A stretch of 64,000 nucleotides of DNA from Chiloscyllium plagiosum. Its lineage: Eukaryota. Of the stretch, positions 12,592 through 25,826 are shown in pieces. Position numbers and translations under genes: made by a program. The first letter of the stretch is position 1. Every line of letters starts with the position of its first letter. The notes below the pieces were generated by a model. That model saw only the letters and a list, made by a program, of their open reading frames with translations. It was not told where the DNA came from and ran no database searches. Where the stretch lies: contig NC_057749.1 in NCBI RefSeq assembly GCF_004010195.1, forward strand, positions 15,503,690-15,567,689, written 5' to 3'.

Positions 12592-14640
12592 GTGGAGATG
12601 AGAGAAAAGCACATTCCTGAAGAAATTTGCTCGCAACAGAGGTCCTTGAGTTGGAGTAAGCATTTCTGGCATCACACTGACATTTTGGAAGCTTGACTCA
12701 TTTGATCCTGCCTTTGAAGAGTGGGTGCAATGTGTAGAAAGAATGCATTTTTCTCTGGGCAAATGACACTGGGGCAGATGAAAAGCAACAAGTCATTCTC
12801 CTGACAGCTTGTGGAGCTGCAATGTTTTCTGTAATTGGGACCCTGACTGTGACGCATCAGATACTAAAACCGTACAAGGTTTGACAGGTTCAGTTAAAGA
12901 ATATTACAGTCTCAAACCCCCTATAATTCTGAGATGCTATCACTTTTACTCATCAATTCAAGAACCAGCAGAATCTGTCTCAGGAGTTTTGACTTGGTTA
13001 AAGGAACTGGCTGAGGCACGTGACTTTGATTTAACCCTTAATGAGATACTGAGAGACCATTTTGTATATGGGATTAATTATGTCACCAAGCACCTTTTAG
13101 CTAATGCCCAACTGGACTTCAAATAGGCATTATAGTTGACTTTATCATTGGAAAATGTGGTAAGTGGAGCATATGAGTTGCAGGGTATTCTGATGGACAC
13201 CCTCACCAGTCTGGCTGAGCTTGAGGAACATTACTTGAGAAAAGGCAATTGCACAGCCTCACTCAGGACATACCCTGAACAGAGGGAGTCCAGGTCAGCC
13301 CACAGGAAAACCCCAAAACAAAGCCAGCCCTCAGGCAAATGGCTAACATCTAAGCCAGCAAACCATTGTAGTTTCTGTCAGTAGGTGAACTTGAGACAGT
13401 AAAACAGTCCCAACTAGATCTAAATTGAGTAAGAGAACTCATAGGCTGGTATCCAGGACAGTGTGCACCCTGGAAAACCCAGTTAAATCTGGTTTGGAAC
13501 AGTTACATTGCTTAGCAACATCCAAATTAGAATCCATCAAAATAAACACCTGGTTCTAGTGGAGGTCAATACCGGCATGGCCATTTCAACAGTCACAGAA
13601 TCAGTCTTTAACAAATTTTAAGTTTGCGCAAGACCTCAGCTAGAATCAGACCCTACACCAGGAACCTTTACAAATTAAGTGTACAACTTCAATTCCAGTC
13701 TCTTATGAGAAGCAGCTGGTAGTAGTAGGCTCAGGCCCAACTTGATGGGGTGAAATGGGTTGAGAAAGATTCACCCAGATTGGCTCAACATTTTCCAATT
13801 AGAAAGTGGCTGCCTGAGTGAAGTCCTAATTAAATATCCAGACATTTTTCAGGAAGGTTAGGGGACTATCAAACCAGCCAAGGCCACCTTGCATCTTGAC
13901 CAGGAAATAATTCCCCAATTCTGCAAGGCCTACTCAGTGCCCTTTGCCTGAGGGGCCAAAGTAGAGGCAGGAATCAGAAGGCTGGAAAGGGAAGGAACCA
14001 TCAAACCAGAACAGATTACGGAATGGGCAGCACCGGTCATACTGACTGTGAAGCCTGACGGGTTGGTTCCCCTTGTGGGGATTTTAAACAAATGGTAAAT
14101 TGCTTTTCACAGCTGGATAAATACCCAATCCCTCTCATAGAGGACCTATACACAAAGCAGGCAAGGGGCTCTCCTTCTGGAAGCTGGGCGTGAGCTATGT
14201 GTACCTGTAATTGCGGTTAGCTGAGGATTCCCAGATTAATGCCCATAGGATTTGTACCAATATACAAGTCTGCCATTTGGGGTCATTCGTCAGTCTGTAC
14301 AAGTTTTCAGCAGATGATAGAAAACATTTTATACTGTCTACTCCAGGTCACTATGTATCTAGATGATGTGCTAATAACAGGGAAGATCAACAAGGAGCTC
14401 TTCGAGAACTTGGACATAGACCTTAGGAGGGAAAATGTGTGTTCCAGGCACCCTAAGAGACCTACTTGGGCTACAGAGTTGACAAGACTGGGTCACACCC
14501 GTTGGAAGATAAAGTGAGGGTGATCAAAGGTGCCCCAGTTCCCACATCTGGAGCTTAGGTCTTTCCATGGGCTGGTGATCAATTATGGAAAATTCATACA
14601 TAACTTGGCCTCCATCCTAGCACCTTTCTATTAACTCTGT
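12381..14640 (+). mobile_element. Gypsy (Mag-like) LTR retrotransposon, decayed, 3' truncated
   Basis: 5' LTR TG...CA 12381-12591; PBS-like gtggagatgag; gag-like KLDSFDPAFEEW..., LRDHFVYGI; protease-like VNTG; RT ...VTMYLDDVLITG; many stops and frameshifts. Confidence 0.85.
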
Positions 14641-15649
14641 GGGAGGGGAGTAAATGGGTGGGTAGAGTCAGTGTTGGGGGGAGAGTGTACACGGTGCTGT
14701 GGGAGGAGTGGCATTTTCTTGTTCTGATAGGGTTCATTAAAGTCACTCCTTGTAAAGTTGTCTCAGGGTTTACTGCCCAAAATAATTGACAGCGAATAAT
14801 ATCCACTGGGCCTTTCTTTTAAGATTCTTCGCCAAGTAGAGTTTGCATTAACATACACCAGCTAATTTGAAACTAAATGAAAGTAAGTTAAAGTTTGGAT
14901 TACACTTCGGAACTTGTTTGGTTGCAACTCATACTCTGAAATATCATATGAAATGATACAGCCCTTTGAAGTCAAAGAAAGATTTGGAGGGGGTTTGCAT
15001 TGTTAGAAATCTTCTGCAACTTAAGTTAATGGAGTGGTGCAGTGGATTCTAGGTAAAACAATCCATGGGTGATGGCATCTCATCACCCATGGCCCTTCAC
15101 TGTTTGTTCCAGTGTAGTTACTGTTGTAATGTAGGTAATGCTGCAGCCAATTTGTACACAGGAAGCTCTCACAAACAACAATGAGACAAGGAGTCCTGGA
15201 TACCTTTTCTTACCTCATGTTGTTGAATTCAGGGTCATGTTAATGTTGTCCGCATGGTTAAACTGCGAGTTTAATCCTCATGTCATGATCCCTTTATTCA
15301 AACCCATTGTGTGGAGTTTTGATAATTAATGGGTTGAATCTGTGACAGTTAAATCTGTGGAAGGAGAAGGTTTTCACTTCTGTGTTGTTTTGCACATTTC
15401 CACCATAAAGCAGTCGCCTTGCATTCATGTAGCACCCAACTCCCAAGTGGTATAGAGAAAATAGGCGGAGGGAATAGGAACCCCAAGGAATTCTCTCAAG
15501 GTAAACACATGAGTTTTCTGTACCTTACGGCAGTCAACATGCCTGCCAACCTGAAACACTGGAGTTTAGTTGATGCAGGACTTGTTAATGTTGTGAGTTT
15601 AGATTTTACCTAATGGATTGGGGTCCTCCAACAGCAACATCCAAATCCA

Positions 15650-15940
15650 TTGCCTCTACCACAAAGAGGCTCCAGAGAAGCAGATACATAGGAACACCAC
15701 CCTGCTCCAGGGATTCCCATCCAAAACACTCACTATATTGACTTGGAAATATATCATTGCTCTTTCGATATCGCTGAGACAAAACCCTGGATCTCCCTCC
15801 CTAACAGCATTGTGGATCAACCTACAGCACACAGATTGCACAAGTTCAGGAAGACAGCTCATCACCACCTTCTCAAAGAGCAAATAGAGAAAAGCTGACC
15901 CATCCAGGAAAGCCCACATCCCGTGAACAAACCTTTAAAA
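15650..15940 (+). mobile_element. Old LINE family 3' UTR fragment
   Basis: gcagatacat.ggaacaccacc...gacttggaaatatatc...agctcatcaccaccttctcaa as in 5540-5808. Confidence 0.7.
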
Positions 15941-16274
15941 AAAGCGAGAAACGGTGTATGTTTGACATTGATACCACGTCACTAATTGAGGCTGAAGGAG
16001 AGAACGATTGCAAGGTTATGCAGGACGGTCAGAGCAGTGGGATTAATTGGAAGAGCTCTTTCAATGATTCAGCACTAGCACAATAAGACAATTGGTTTCT
16101 CTCTGCATTGTGTGGATCTTAAATTGGAGCAAAAAGCATTCCACAGTATACTGAGGCTTTAAGCTGCTGTAAGTTCACTGGCCAGAGGAGGGCAGCTGTG
16201 GCTATAGACCATTTGGTATTGCGATGGATTGAGCGTCATCACTGTTAAAGATCCATCAAAGGAAAAATCGAAAG

Positions 16275-16558
16275 GGTGGCACGGTGGCACAGTGGTTAGC
16301 ACTGCTGCCTCACAGCGCCAGAGACCCAGGTTCAATTCCCGTCTCAGGCAACTGACTGTATGGAGTTTGCACATTCTCCCCCTGTCTGCATGGGTTTCCT
16401 CCCACACTCCAAAAATGTGCAGGTTAGGTGAATTGGCCATGCTAAATTGCCTGCAGTGTTAGGTAAAAGGGTAAATGTAGGGGAATGGGTCTGGGTGGGT
16501 TGCGCTTTGGCAGGTCGGTTGGGCCGAAGGGCATGCTTCCACACTGTAAGTAATCTAA
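16275..16558 (+). mobile_element. HE1-type (V-SINE) tRNA-derived SINE
   Basis: gcacggtggcacagtggttagcactgctgcctcacagcgcc..ggttcaattcc; V-domain tggagtttgcacattctcccc; CR1-like tail gggccgaagggc...cacactgta. Confidence 0.9.
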
Positions 16559-16610
16559 ATGAGGTGTAGCTTCAAAATAAGTCAATGATTTACTGACTAT
16601 GGTAAGCACC

Positions 16611-16829
16611 TGAAATAATTCCCCAGAGGCTGGTATCCAGCAAGTCCCCCTTTATTTACATATGCATTGTCCTTGATACATGTCCAACTCCCTCAGAGTG
16701 AGTACAACCTCTGACACCCCTGTTTATATCTATCAGCCAGAGCTCCCTGATTGGACTGGGTTAAAAGTCACAGTCAGGGAACTCGTACTTTATGAGGTCC
16801 ATCTTGCTGACCTTGTTGCAATCACTACC
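16611..16829 (-). mobile_element. Solo LTR of the Gypsy family
   Basis: Reverse complement homologous to 12381-12591; 5-bp TSD gcacc at 16606-16610 and 16830-16834. Confidence 0.85.
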
Positions 16830-16935
16830 GCACCATTAAAATGAACGCACGCCTGAGAGCTACTTGCAAGATCTTTCATGTTAAGAATGTTTGAGGTCTC
16901 TCAGCCTCTCAGGGCTGCTCAACCATTCAATGATA

Positions 16936-18260
16936 TATAGAATATAGAACATCACAGCGCAGTACAGGCCCTTCGGCCCTCGATGTTGTGCCGCCCTGTC
17001 ATACCAATCTGAAGCCCATCTAACTTACACTATTCCATGTACGTCCAAATGCCTGTCCAGCAACGACTTAAATACACTTAAACTTGGCGAATCAACTACC
17101 ATTGCAGGGAACACATTCCATACCCTTACTACTCTCTGAGGAAAGAAACTACCTCTGACATCTGTCTTATACCTATCTCCCCTCACTTTAAAGTTGTGTC
17201 CCATTGTGTTTGCTGTCCCCATACTTGGAAAAAGGATGTTTATCATGTATTCTTGAGACAGCGATCAATGGATTTATACAAGAGGAGCCTAGGACTCAGG
17301 AGGAGCTTCCTTTGAGCCTTCTCTTAAATAGTCTCCACATGTCTGCTGTGCCCTTTCTATGGAACAATTGCTCCCAGTCTGTACTTCCCAACTCCTGTCT
17401 GATAGTGTCATAATTTCCTTTTCCCCAATTAAATATCTTCCCTCGGTAACTGCTCCTTTCACTCTCCAAGGCTATGCTAAATGTGAGGCAGTTGTGGTCA
17501 CTATCATCAAAGTGCTCTCCCACTGCGAGATCTGACACCTTTCCTGGCTCATTGCCGAGCACCAAATCCAAAATGGCCTCTCCCTTCGTCGGTCTGTCTA
17601 CACACTGAGTAAGGAAACCCTCCTGAACACACCTGACAAAAACGGCTCCGTCCAAACCATCTGCACTTACGAGGTTCCAGTCGATATTGGGAAAGTTGAA
17701 ATCACCCATAATAACAACCCTGCTACTTTTGCATTTTTCCAGAATCACCCTGCCTATGAGATCTTCAATCTCTCTCTGCTTTTAGGGGGTCTGTAGAAAA
17801 CCCCCAATGAGGTGGCTGTTCCCTTGCTGTTCCCAACTTCCACCCATACTGACTCAGTAGACAAACCTGCCTCAACAACCTTTGTTTCTGCAGCTGTGAT
17901 GCACTCTCTGATTAGCAATACTACACCCCCTCCTCTTTTTCCACCCTCCCTGTTCTTTTTAAATGTTCTGAACCCTGGAACATCAAGCAACCATTCCTGC
18001 CCCTGTGAAACCCACGCCTCCGTTATGGCCACAACATCGTAGCCCCAAGTACTGATCCATGCTCTAAGTTCGTCACTCTTATTTCGGATACTCCTTGTAT
18101 TAAAGCAGACACTCTTTAACTGATCCCTTTGTTTCATCATGTGAGAAACCTTCCTGATAGATTCAATATATCCTGTCACTGTCCCGCCTGCAACTGACCC
18201 CCTCTCAGACATGTGGCTCTGATTCCCACCCCCCTGGCAAACTAGTTTAAACCCTCCCGA
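16936..18260 (-). mobile_element. CR1 LINE: endonuclease region joined almost directly to the 3' end
   Basis: NTRSIRNKSDEL, VAITEAW, GVFYRPP, MGDFNFPNIDW, PTKGEAILDLVL, DSDHN (17320-18200); 3' end GHNFKVRG...VRVWN (16936-17235); RT absent. Confidence 0.85.
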
Positions 18261-18379
18261 ATCTCTGTCATTCAATAAAATCTGATTTGTGGTCTCAGTT
18301 CCTGTCTGCCCCCCCAGATCCCCCTACTCTCCAACCCTTGACTCTTTCTCTATCGAGAAGATCTAACTCAGATTTGAGT

Positions 18380-18830
18380 AGAGTCACCAGGATGTTGCCT
18401 GGGCTGGAGTACTTCAGCTGTGAGGAGAGAATAGACAGACTGCGGTTTGTTTTCCTTAGAGCAGGGAAGGCTGAGGGAGGGATCTGATGGCGGTGTACAA
18501 AGTTCTGAGGGCACAGATTAGAGGAACTTCTTTCTCCTTCAGTAGAGTGGTCAATAAACAAGGGGCATAATTTTAAGGTGAAGAGCAGGAGGTCTGGAGG
18601 GAATTTAAGGAAGAACGTTTTCACACGGAAGGTGGTGGGAATCTGGAACTTTCTGCCTGAAAGGGTGATCAAGGCAGGAAGCTTCACAGCATTTAAGAAG
18701 CATTTAGATGTTCATTTGGAACAACATAACACACAGGGCTACAGGCCAAGGCTTGGAAACTGGGTTTAGGGTAGCCAGGTGCTTGCATGGAAAGAGGGGC
18801 TGAATGGCCTTATTTTGTGCTGTAAATCCC
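18380..18830 (+). mobile_element. CR1 LINE 3' fragment
   Basis: TRMLPGLE..., NVFTRKVVGIWNFLPE...FKKHLD. Confidence 0.8.
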
Positions 18831-18937
18831 TGATTGTAAATAATTTAGATATTAAATATATCAAAGATATTTAGATATTAAAGAAATTAAAACATATGCT
18901 GTTCAGCAGCAATGCCCATATCTAACAAGTGAATTGC

Positions 18938-19532
18938 TCAGACCATTGAGTACGAGAGTTGAGATGTCATGTTGAGATTCGACAGGATCTTGGTGAGGCC
19001 ACTTTTGGAGTACTTCATACAGCCCTGGTTACCGTATTATAGGAAGGATATTTTTAAATTGGAGAGGGTGCAGAAAAGATTTACAAGGATGTTACCGGGA
19101 CGGGACTTAGAAGGAGAATCTGGATAGTTAGAACTTTACTCTGTGGTTGAGTAAAGTTGAGAGGTTGAGGGGTGACCTTACAGAGGTTGATAAAATCATG
19201 AGGGGCGTAGATAAGGTGAATAGCAAAGGTCTTTTTCCCTAAGGTTGGAGAGTTCAAAACTAGAGGGAATAATTTTAAGGTGAGAGGGAAAAGATTTAAA
19301 AGGAACCTGCGGGGTAACTTTTTCACACAGAGTAGTTCATGTGTGGAATGAACTGCCAGAGGACATGGTAGATGCAGGTACAGTTAAAAAGACTTATGGA
19401 CAGGTACATGAATAGGAAAGGTTTGGAAGGATTTGGGCCAAATGCTGGCAAATGGGACTAGTTTAGTTTAGTTTGGGAAACTTGGTTGGCATGGATGAGT
19501 TGGGCCAAAGGGTCCGTTTCCTTGCTGTATGA
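18938..19532 (+). mobile_element. CR1 LINE 3' fragment
   Basis: ggtgaggccacttttggagtac...agaaaagatttacaaggatgtt...tgtggaatgaactgccagagg...3' UTR. Confidence 0.85.
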
Positions 19533-20689
19533 GTTAACGAATAATAGCAAGCTTTGAGAATGAATAATAATAAAAATAATCAAAGGATAGGAGGAGAGTG
19601 GAAGGAAAACAGCATTGAGGTAGAAGATCAGCCATCGAGGAGCCCACCCGCACTCCAATATTCCTCTGTTCCACTTCACGGTTGGGCACAATACAGCAAG
19701 AGGGGAGAAAATCTGGGATTGTACAGTATTCCCCAGAATTTCTTAAGATAAGATTCAATTAAGATTTTGGAGACAGGGAGGGGGAGCAGCGGGGGTAGAA
19801 GATGACAATTTGGGCCAAGGTTTGAACAAGGTTCCAATGAGATGCTGAGTCAGGAGTGAGATGGTGTTGCACACTAGGGGTATAGCTATTTTCCATCCTC
19901 ACCCCCATGGACTTGCTCCTTCCGGTATTTGGAACAATGACTGTCAATCCCCAGATGGTTTGTGTAATAAATATATCTTTGACTCATCTCTGTTCAGCGA
20001 GATAGCTGGCAGGGGAGGTGGGGAGGGGCTAGATTAAAATTAGCCTCAGGACCCCCGGCTCGGGCAGGGAATGATTACCCAGAGGTACACTTCCAGCTTT
20101 TATCTTGTAACTTACTGTGTGTTTTCATAGCAACAGGCCTCCCTCTGATACACCTCATAATGCAAAGCTCTGCTGACATTCACTGCCCCAGCTCTCGAGT
20201 GATTAAAAATAAATCAAAATATGCTTTTGAGATTGTTTATCTGATCTCCTGTTTTCAGATTTAAAGGGATGCCTCACTGCCATCCGCATTCAAGTCAAGC
20301 AGAACTGTTTCCATCAAAATGCAGCCGGGGAGGTGAGGTACATGTGAGCTGCTTCGGCATTGCAAATTGTTCTGCAGAGTGAAAAGGAGAAATTGCTTCT
20401 GAAATGTTTTCAGTGCATAGAGCTGGAGCATGAATCCTGTGCAAGAGAAATTAACTTGCTGTTCGGTTTTGAAGAAGGGGAATTGATAAAACAAAGAAAA
20501 GGCAATGAAATTTGATGCAGTACTGTTGTAGACTGCCTCAAATAATTGGACTGTAAGCCGTTAAGTATTCATCCATCGATAGTGGGAAATGACTGCCTCC
20601 TCATCCAACAGACCAGATAATACCCTGGGGAGGTATAGTTTCAAATCCCACTATAACAATGCGTGGAATTTCAATTCAATTAATTAAGC

Positions 20690-21285
20690 GTGTTGCAACT
20701 ATACAGGGCATTGGTTAGGCCACTTTTAATAATATTGCATTTAATTCTGGTCTCCCTACTATAGGTAGAATGTTGTGAAACTTAAAGAGTTCAGAAAAGA
20801 TTTACAACAATTTTGCCAGGGCTGGAGGGTTTGAGCTATAGGGAGAGGCTGAATAGGCTGGGGCTGTTTTCCCTGGAGCATTGGAGGTTTGAGGTGGGGG
20901 CGGTGGGGGTGACCTTATAGAGATTTATAAAATCATGAGGGGCATGGATAGGATAAATAGACAAGGTTTATTCCCAGGGTGGGGGAGTGCAAACTAGAGG
21001 GCATAGGTTTAGAGTGAGAGGGAAAAGATTTAAAAGGGACCTAAAGGGCAACTTTTTCACACAGAGGGTGCTGTGTGCATGGAATGAGCTATCAGAGGAC
21101 GTGGTAGAAGCTGGTACAATTACAACATTTACAAGGTGTCTGGATGGGTATATGAATAGGAAGGGTTTAGAGGGACATAGGCCAAATGCTGGCAAATGGG
21201 GCTAGATTAGATTAGGATATCTTGTTGGCTTAGACATAGTGGACTGAAGGGTTTGTTTCCGTGCTGTATATCTCCATGACCCTAA
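20690..21285 (+). mobile_element. CR1 LINE 3' fragment inserted in a SINE
   Basis: TRGHRFRVRGKRFKRDLKGNFFTQRV..WNEL; SINE halves on both sides (~20600-20685 and ~21286-21475). Confidence 0.85.
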
Positions 21286-21789
21286 ATCTGGAATATAAAG
21301 TCAGTCTCAATGATGGTGACTGTAAAATCAGTATTAATTCCTCTAACAATTCATTTGATTGTCAAAGGTCTTTGCCCAGTCTGCCCACATATGGTTGCCT
21401 CTTAACTGCCCTCTGAAACGGCCCTAGCAATGGCACATTTTTCATGGGCATCAAATACCAGGCCTTGCCAGCAACATTCCCAAAGGTGTGCAGCAGCTCA
21501 GAGGATCTGTGTGCATGCTGTCTCATCCACTTCTGGCTTCTCTTGCACTGCAGCACATGGAGAAATTAGTTTCTAAGAAGTAGGGGCATGAGTAGGCCAT
21601 TCAGCCCCTTGAGCCTGCTCTGCCATTCAGCAGGATCGCGGCTGATCTAACACTTACCATGTTCAGCTTTTCATCTGTTCCCTGCAAATTGGATAAACAT
21701 TAGCCTGGCCAGCGATACTCACATCCCATGGAAGAATAAAAAAAAAATGCCATTGTGGGCACTCAGTGGGACGGGGAGAATCTGGCTAG

Positions 21790-22240
21790 GTCAGTTCCAG
21801 GCACCCAACACCTGGAGGAAGAACACCTCATCTTCTGCCTTGGGACCCTCCAACCACATGGGATCAATGTGGATTTCACCAGTTTCCTCATTCCCCCTCC
21901 CCCAAATTATCCCAGATCCAACCCTCCAACTCGGCACCACCCTCTTGAACTGTCCTACCTGTCCATCTTCCTCCCACCTTTCGCTTCACCCTCCTCTCTG
22001 ACCTATCACTATCACCCCCTCATCTTCATCTACCTATCGCATTCCTAGCTACGTTTACCCCAGCCCCACTTCCCTCCCATTTATCTCTCAGCCCCCTTGG
22101 GCACCCCCACATTCCTGATGAAGAGGTTATGCCTGAACCACCGATTCTCCTGCTCCTCAGATGCTGCTTGACCTGTTGTGCTTTTCCAACACCACACCTT
22201 TGACTCTGATCTCCAGCATCTGCGGTTCTCACTTTCTCCT
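21790..22240 (+). mobile_element. Penelope-like element 3' fragment
   Basis: LEEEHLIFCLGTLQPHGIN C-terminus plus a 3' UTR matching 38830-39278, with a decayed hammerhead core (ctgatgaagagg...). Confidence 0.85.
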
Positions 22241-22567
22241 ACAATTTTGACTAACATTGATCAGAGGTGATCAGCTCACCTGACTATCTTATGTCCCACA
22301 TGCTTGCAAGTAAAATCAGGGTCCAGGGAGGGGGTCATCAGCCAAGACTAGAATTCCGGGGAAAGTGGGAGTTGGAACAGGATGGAAGTGCCAGAAGGAA
22401 TGTGCAAATGAGCCTGGCTCCTTGTGAATACTTCCCACTGGAAGGCTTTGAAGTGAGCAAGATACAAACAAAACACAGCCCTGGCTTTGCTCTCATCAAA
22501 GTGGGCACATTTTCCCCTTTTCACAGCTAACATTTATACCTACTTTGCATCATCACCACTCTGTTGT

Positions 22568-22820
22568 CATGGCACGGTGGCTCAATGGTTAGCACTACTG
22601 TCTCATTGCACAAAGAACCCAGGTTTGATTCCTGCTGCGGGCAACTGTCTGTGTGGAGTTTGCACGTTCTCCCTGTGTCTGCGTGGGTTTCCTCCCACAG
22701 CCCGAGTATGTGCAGATTAGGTGGATTGGTCATGAGAAATGAAGGGACTGGGTGGGTTGCTCTTCATAAGGTCAATGAAACTTGATGGGCTGAATAGCCT
22801 GATTCCACACGTTAGGGATC
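22568..22820 (+). mobile_element. HE1-type SINE
   Basis: ggcacggtggctcaatggttagcac...tggagtttgcacgttctccctgtgtctgcgtggg. Confidence 0.85.
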
Positions 22821-23279
22821 CCATTTGGTTATTTTTGCCAATTGCTCTGGCACAATCTGTTCCACTTGCTCCTCCTCCCTCTCTATCAAAGTAATAAAAA
22901 CCACCTTTTTCCAGATCCATTAGTTCCAAAGAAAAATCACATCAGACTGGAAACATTTACTCTCTTTTTCTCTGCACAGATGCTGCCAGACCTGCTGAGT
23001 TTCTCCAGCACTTTCTGGTTTTATTTCCCTTCCATCTGCCCCATAGGAAGCTGCACTTGGCTTCGGTCCCTCAAACCCCACAGTGGGATTTCCAGGGAAT
23101 GTTCAGAGTCTTGGATGAAAAGCGTTCCTATCTCCTTCCCATTCCTGCAGTTGTGGGGCTTTATGGACTAGCACTGAGTCCAGCCCCTCCTTTAACTGGA
23201 AACCTTCCCTTGGATGGAGGTGGGTCATCATTACACCCACACCTCCTTGCAACTGATTACTAATGTACCTGAGCTCAAA

Positions 23280-23466
23280 GGGGCTTGGTTAGCTCACTTG
23301 GCTGGATGGTTGGTTTGCAGAGGGATACCAACAGCGTGTGTTCACTTCCCACGCTGGCTGAGGTTACCATGAAGGATCCTCTTCCTCAGGTTAAATCACT
23401 ACCAGTCATCTCTCTCTAATGAGAGGGCAGCCCTATGATCTGGTAGGATTATGGCAGCTTTACCTT
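23280..23466 (+). mobile_element. tRNA-derived SINE (family of 3606-3780)
   Basis: tggttagctcacttggctggatgg head; tail gctttacctt. Confidence 0.65.
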
Positions 23467-23671
23467 AAGCTAAAGAACTTGCTTCAATAACAAAAGATTC
23501 ACAGCCTGTTGTCAACACTCCTGTGTGATCAAGTACAACGGTCAAGCTTTTAGCTCTGAAATAAGATTGATAACCGAATGGAGTTGGAATAATTAGGCGC
23601 TTGTTTTTGAACAGCACGGACTTGATGGGCCAAAGGGCCTTATTCTGTGTGTATTCTTTTTTCTTTTTCCC

Positions 23672-23998
23672 CCTTCATTCGCAGGATGAGGACATCACTG
23701 CTTAGGCCAGCATTTATTGCCCAGAAGGCAATTTAGAGTCATCTTCATTGCTGTGGGTCTGGAATCACATATAGGCCAGACCAAGTAAGGATGGTGGTTT
23801 CCTTCCCTGAAGGACATTAGTGAACCAGGTGGGGTTTTTTTTTACCTCTGACAATCAACAATGGTTACAGGATTCCGAATTTCAGATTTTTATGGAATTC
23901 AAATTCCACCATTTGCCGAGGCAGGATTGGCTCCCCAGAACCTTGCCTGGGTCTCTGGATGAACAGTCCAGTGACAATACCACTAAGCCATCGCCTCC
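23672..23998 (-). mobile_element. tRNA-derived SINE carrying the old-LINE 3' tail
   Basis: Reverse complement of the 35322-35885 family (gccagcatttattgccc...ttgctgtgggtctggaatcacat). Confidence 0.75.
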
Positions 23999-25004
23999 CC
24001 CAAATATGTGCTATATTAAGGCAAGTCCCAATGGAGGGAAGAGACACAAAGGGGGAATCCTGGAGGTTGGGACCCAGGCAGCTGAAAGCACAGCCCCACC
24101 CATCCATCTCCACCAACCACACAGGAGGCTTAAAGGAATGCTGTAGTGGAGGGACTTGAAATGAACAATAAGAATTTTAAACTCCAGGGCAGAAGGAGCT
24201 AATGTAAGGTCAGTGAGCCCAGCACTGAGGGATGAATGTGACCTGATGAAGTCAGAAGGTAAACAGAAACTGAACGACCTTCCCCCCGCCACCCCCTTCA
24301 CGTTCAGTTCAATGGAGAAGTAGAGGGTCACACACACAGACCCAAAACTTCAATCATTAGCTCACAGCAATTACTGTTATCCTTTCATTAGATCCAAGTC
24401 TGTCATTGTCACAAATGTTCACTTTTGGAATCACTAAATTAACGAGGAAAAGTTACTTCCTGGTGGAATTTTAATAAAGAAAGAGAAGGTTATTCTTGCA
24501 CATTGCTGAAATTAAATCTCAACAGTTAGCTGACCACAGACAAATATAATTACTTTCTCAGACACAAGATTTAAACTCAACACATAACCATCATTTACTA
24601 TGCCTTTGTTTAAAGATGGAGAATTCTGATTAAGTTGAAATAAAACAGTCCTTTCATTAAATTGCCCAACTTTTAGCCAATCTCCTCTCTGGCTGAATAA
24701 GTTTATTACAGGGTGTGGGTATTGCTAGCAAGGCCATCTTTTATTGCCTATCCCCAATATAATGAGGGACTGTTTGAAAAATCTATTCCAATTATATGCA
24801 TTCTTCCCCTGAAGGTGGAGTCAGAGATACACATTTCTTTGTTTTGGAGGCTGGCACGTTGGGTGTTGAGGGGTATAGGGGTGACACTCCAAGCGCTAGT
24901 CCTAGTGTTTGGAGAGGTAAGGGGGTAAAAACTTGAGGGAGAACAGCAGAGTGGGTGCCGTTGAACTAAACAGATTAGAATCATTGGGTCTTGCAGCACA
25001 GAAG

Positions 25005-25511
25005 TGATATAACACTTCAGGGACCGGGGAGGTCCAACCGGGGAAGGGGAATGCTGGTTAGCACTGCTGCCTCACAGCGCCGGGAACATTGGTTCAACTC
25101 AAATTTCAGGCAACTGTCTGTGTGGAGTTTGCACATTCTCTCCATGTCTGCGTGGGTTTTCTCTGGTTTCTTCCCAGAGTCTAAAAATGTGTGCATTAGG
25201 TCAATTGGCCATGCCAAATTGCCCATAGTGTCCAGGGATGTGCAGGCTGGGTGGATTAGCCATGGGCGTTGCAGGGATTGGGTGGGATGCTCTTTGGACC
25301 TATGGATCCTACGAATCATCCTTTATTTATACATGTATAGCATTTGACAATAGCACTGCCTCTCGCTGAGTCAGGCATTCCAGGATTCAATATCCCTGAC
25401 ATTCATCCTTTTATGTCAGCCAAGGCTCCCTGATTAAACCGGATTTACATCCCCAGTCAGGGAACTCTTATTCTATGAGGTCCAACTGGCTGACCTCATT
25501 ACAATCATTGT
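25005..25511 (-). mobile_element. Solo LTR of the Gypsy family interrupted by an HE1 SINE (~25047-25305, + strand)
   Basis: 25321-25511 homologous to 16650-16829; putative far end tgatataac at 25005; possible TSD agaag (25000-25004 / 25512-25516). Confidence 0.65.
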
Positions 25512-25714
25512 AGAAGGAGGCCATTCAGCCCACAATTCCTCTGCTCGACATTACTCCACTCCACTTTCAAAAAGACAGAGAGGGACAAAGCAGCAACAGA
25601 GCTCACAATCCCCACAAGTTAATCCACACATTAAAATGTAAAGTCGTAATTATATGGTCAAGGATACTTCTGAGATGTATTTCGCGATTCAACGCTGTAC
25701 AGCTAAGTCTAAAG

Positions 25715-25826
25715 GTTACCATGGCAACAGAGTGATATCTGCGTCAAGTGTTATGTCCCTGGCTCTGTTCGGCTTACTGAGGCTTGCTGCTGATTGGGGA
25801 GAAGTTCTGGGGCCAGCAATGACGCA
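25715..25826. promoter_or_regulatory. Candidate enhancer: RFX X-box + two half-CREs + CCAAT/Y-box
   Basis: GTTACCATGGCAAC 25715-25728; TGCGTCA 25740-25746; CTGATTGG 25790-25797; TGACGCA 25820-25826; non-repetitive DNA that retains CpGs. Confidence 0.45.

Noticed and set aside
16275..16345. tRNA-like sequences at SINE heads
   Set aside because: A/B boxes are followed by a V-domain and LINE-derived tail; these are SINEs, not tRNA genes
25715..25797. MHC class II SXY module
   Set aside because: The motif order fits, but X1-X2 has 8 extra bp, the X2-Y gap is 43 bp, and no MHC exon follows
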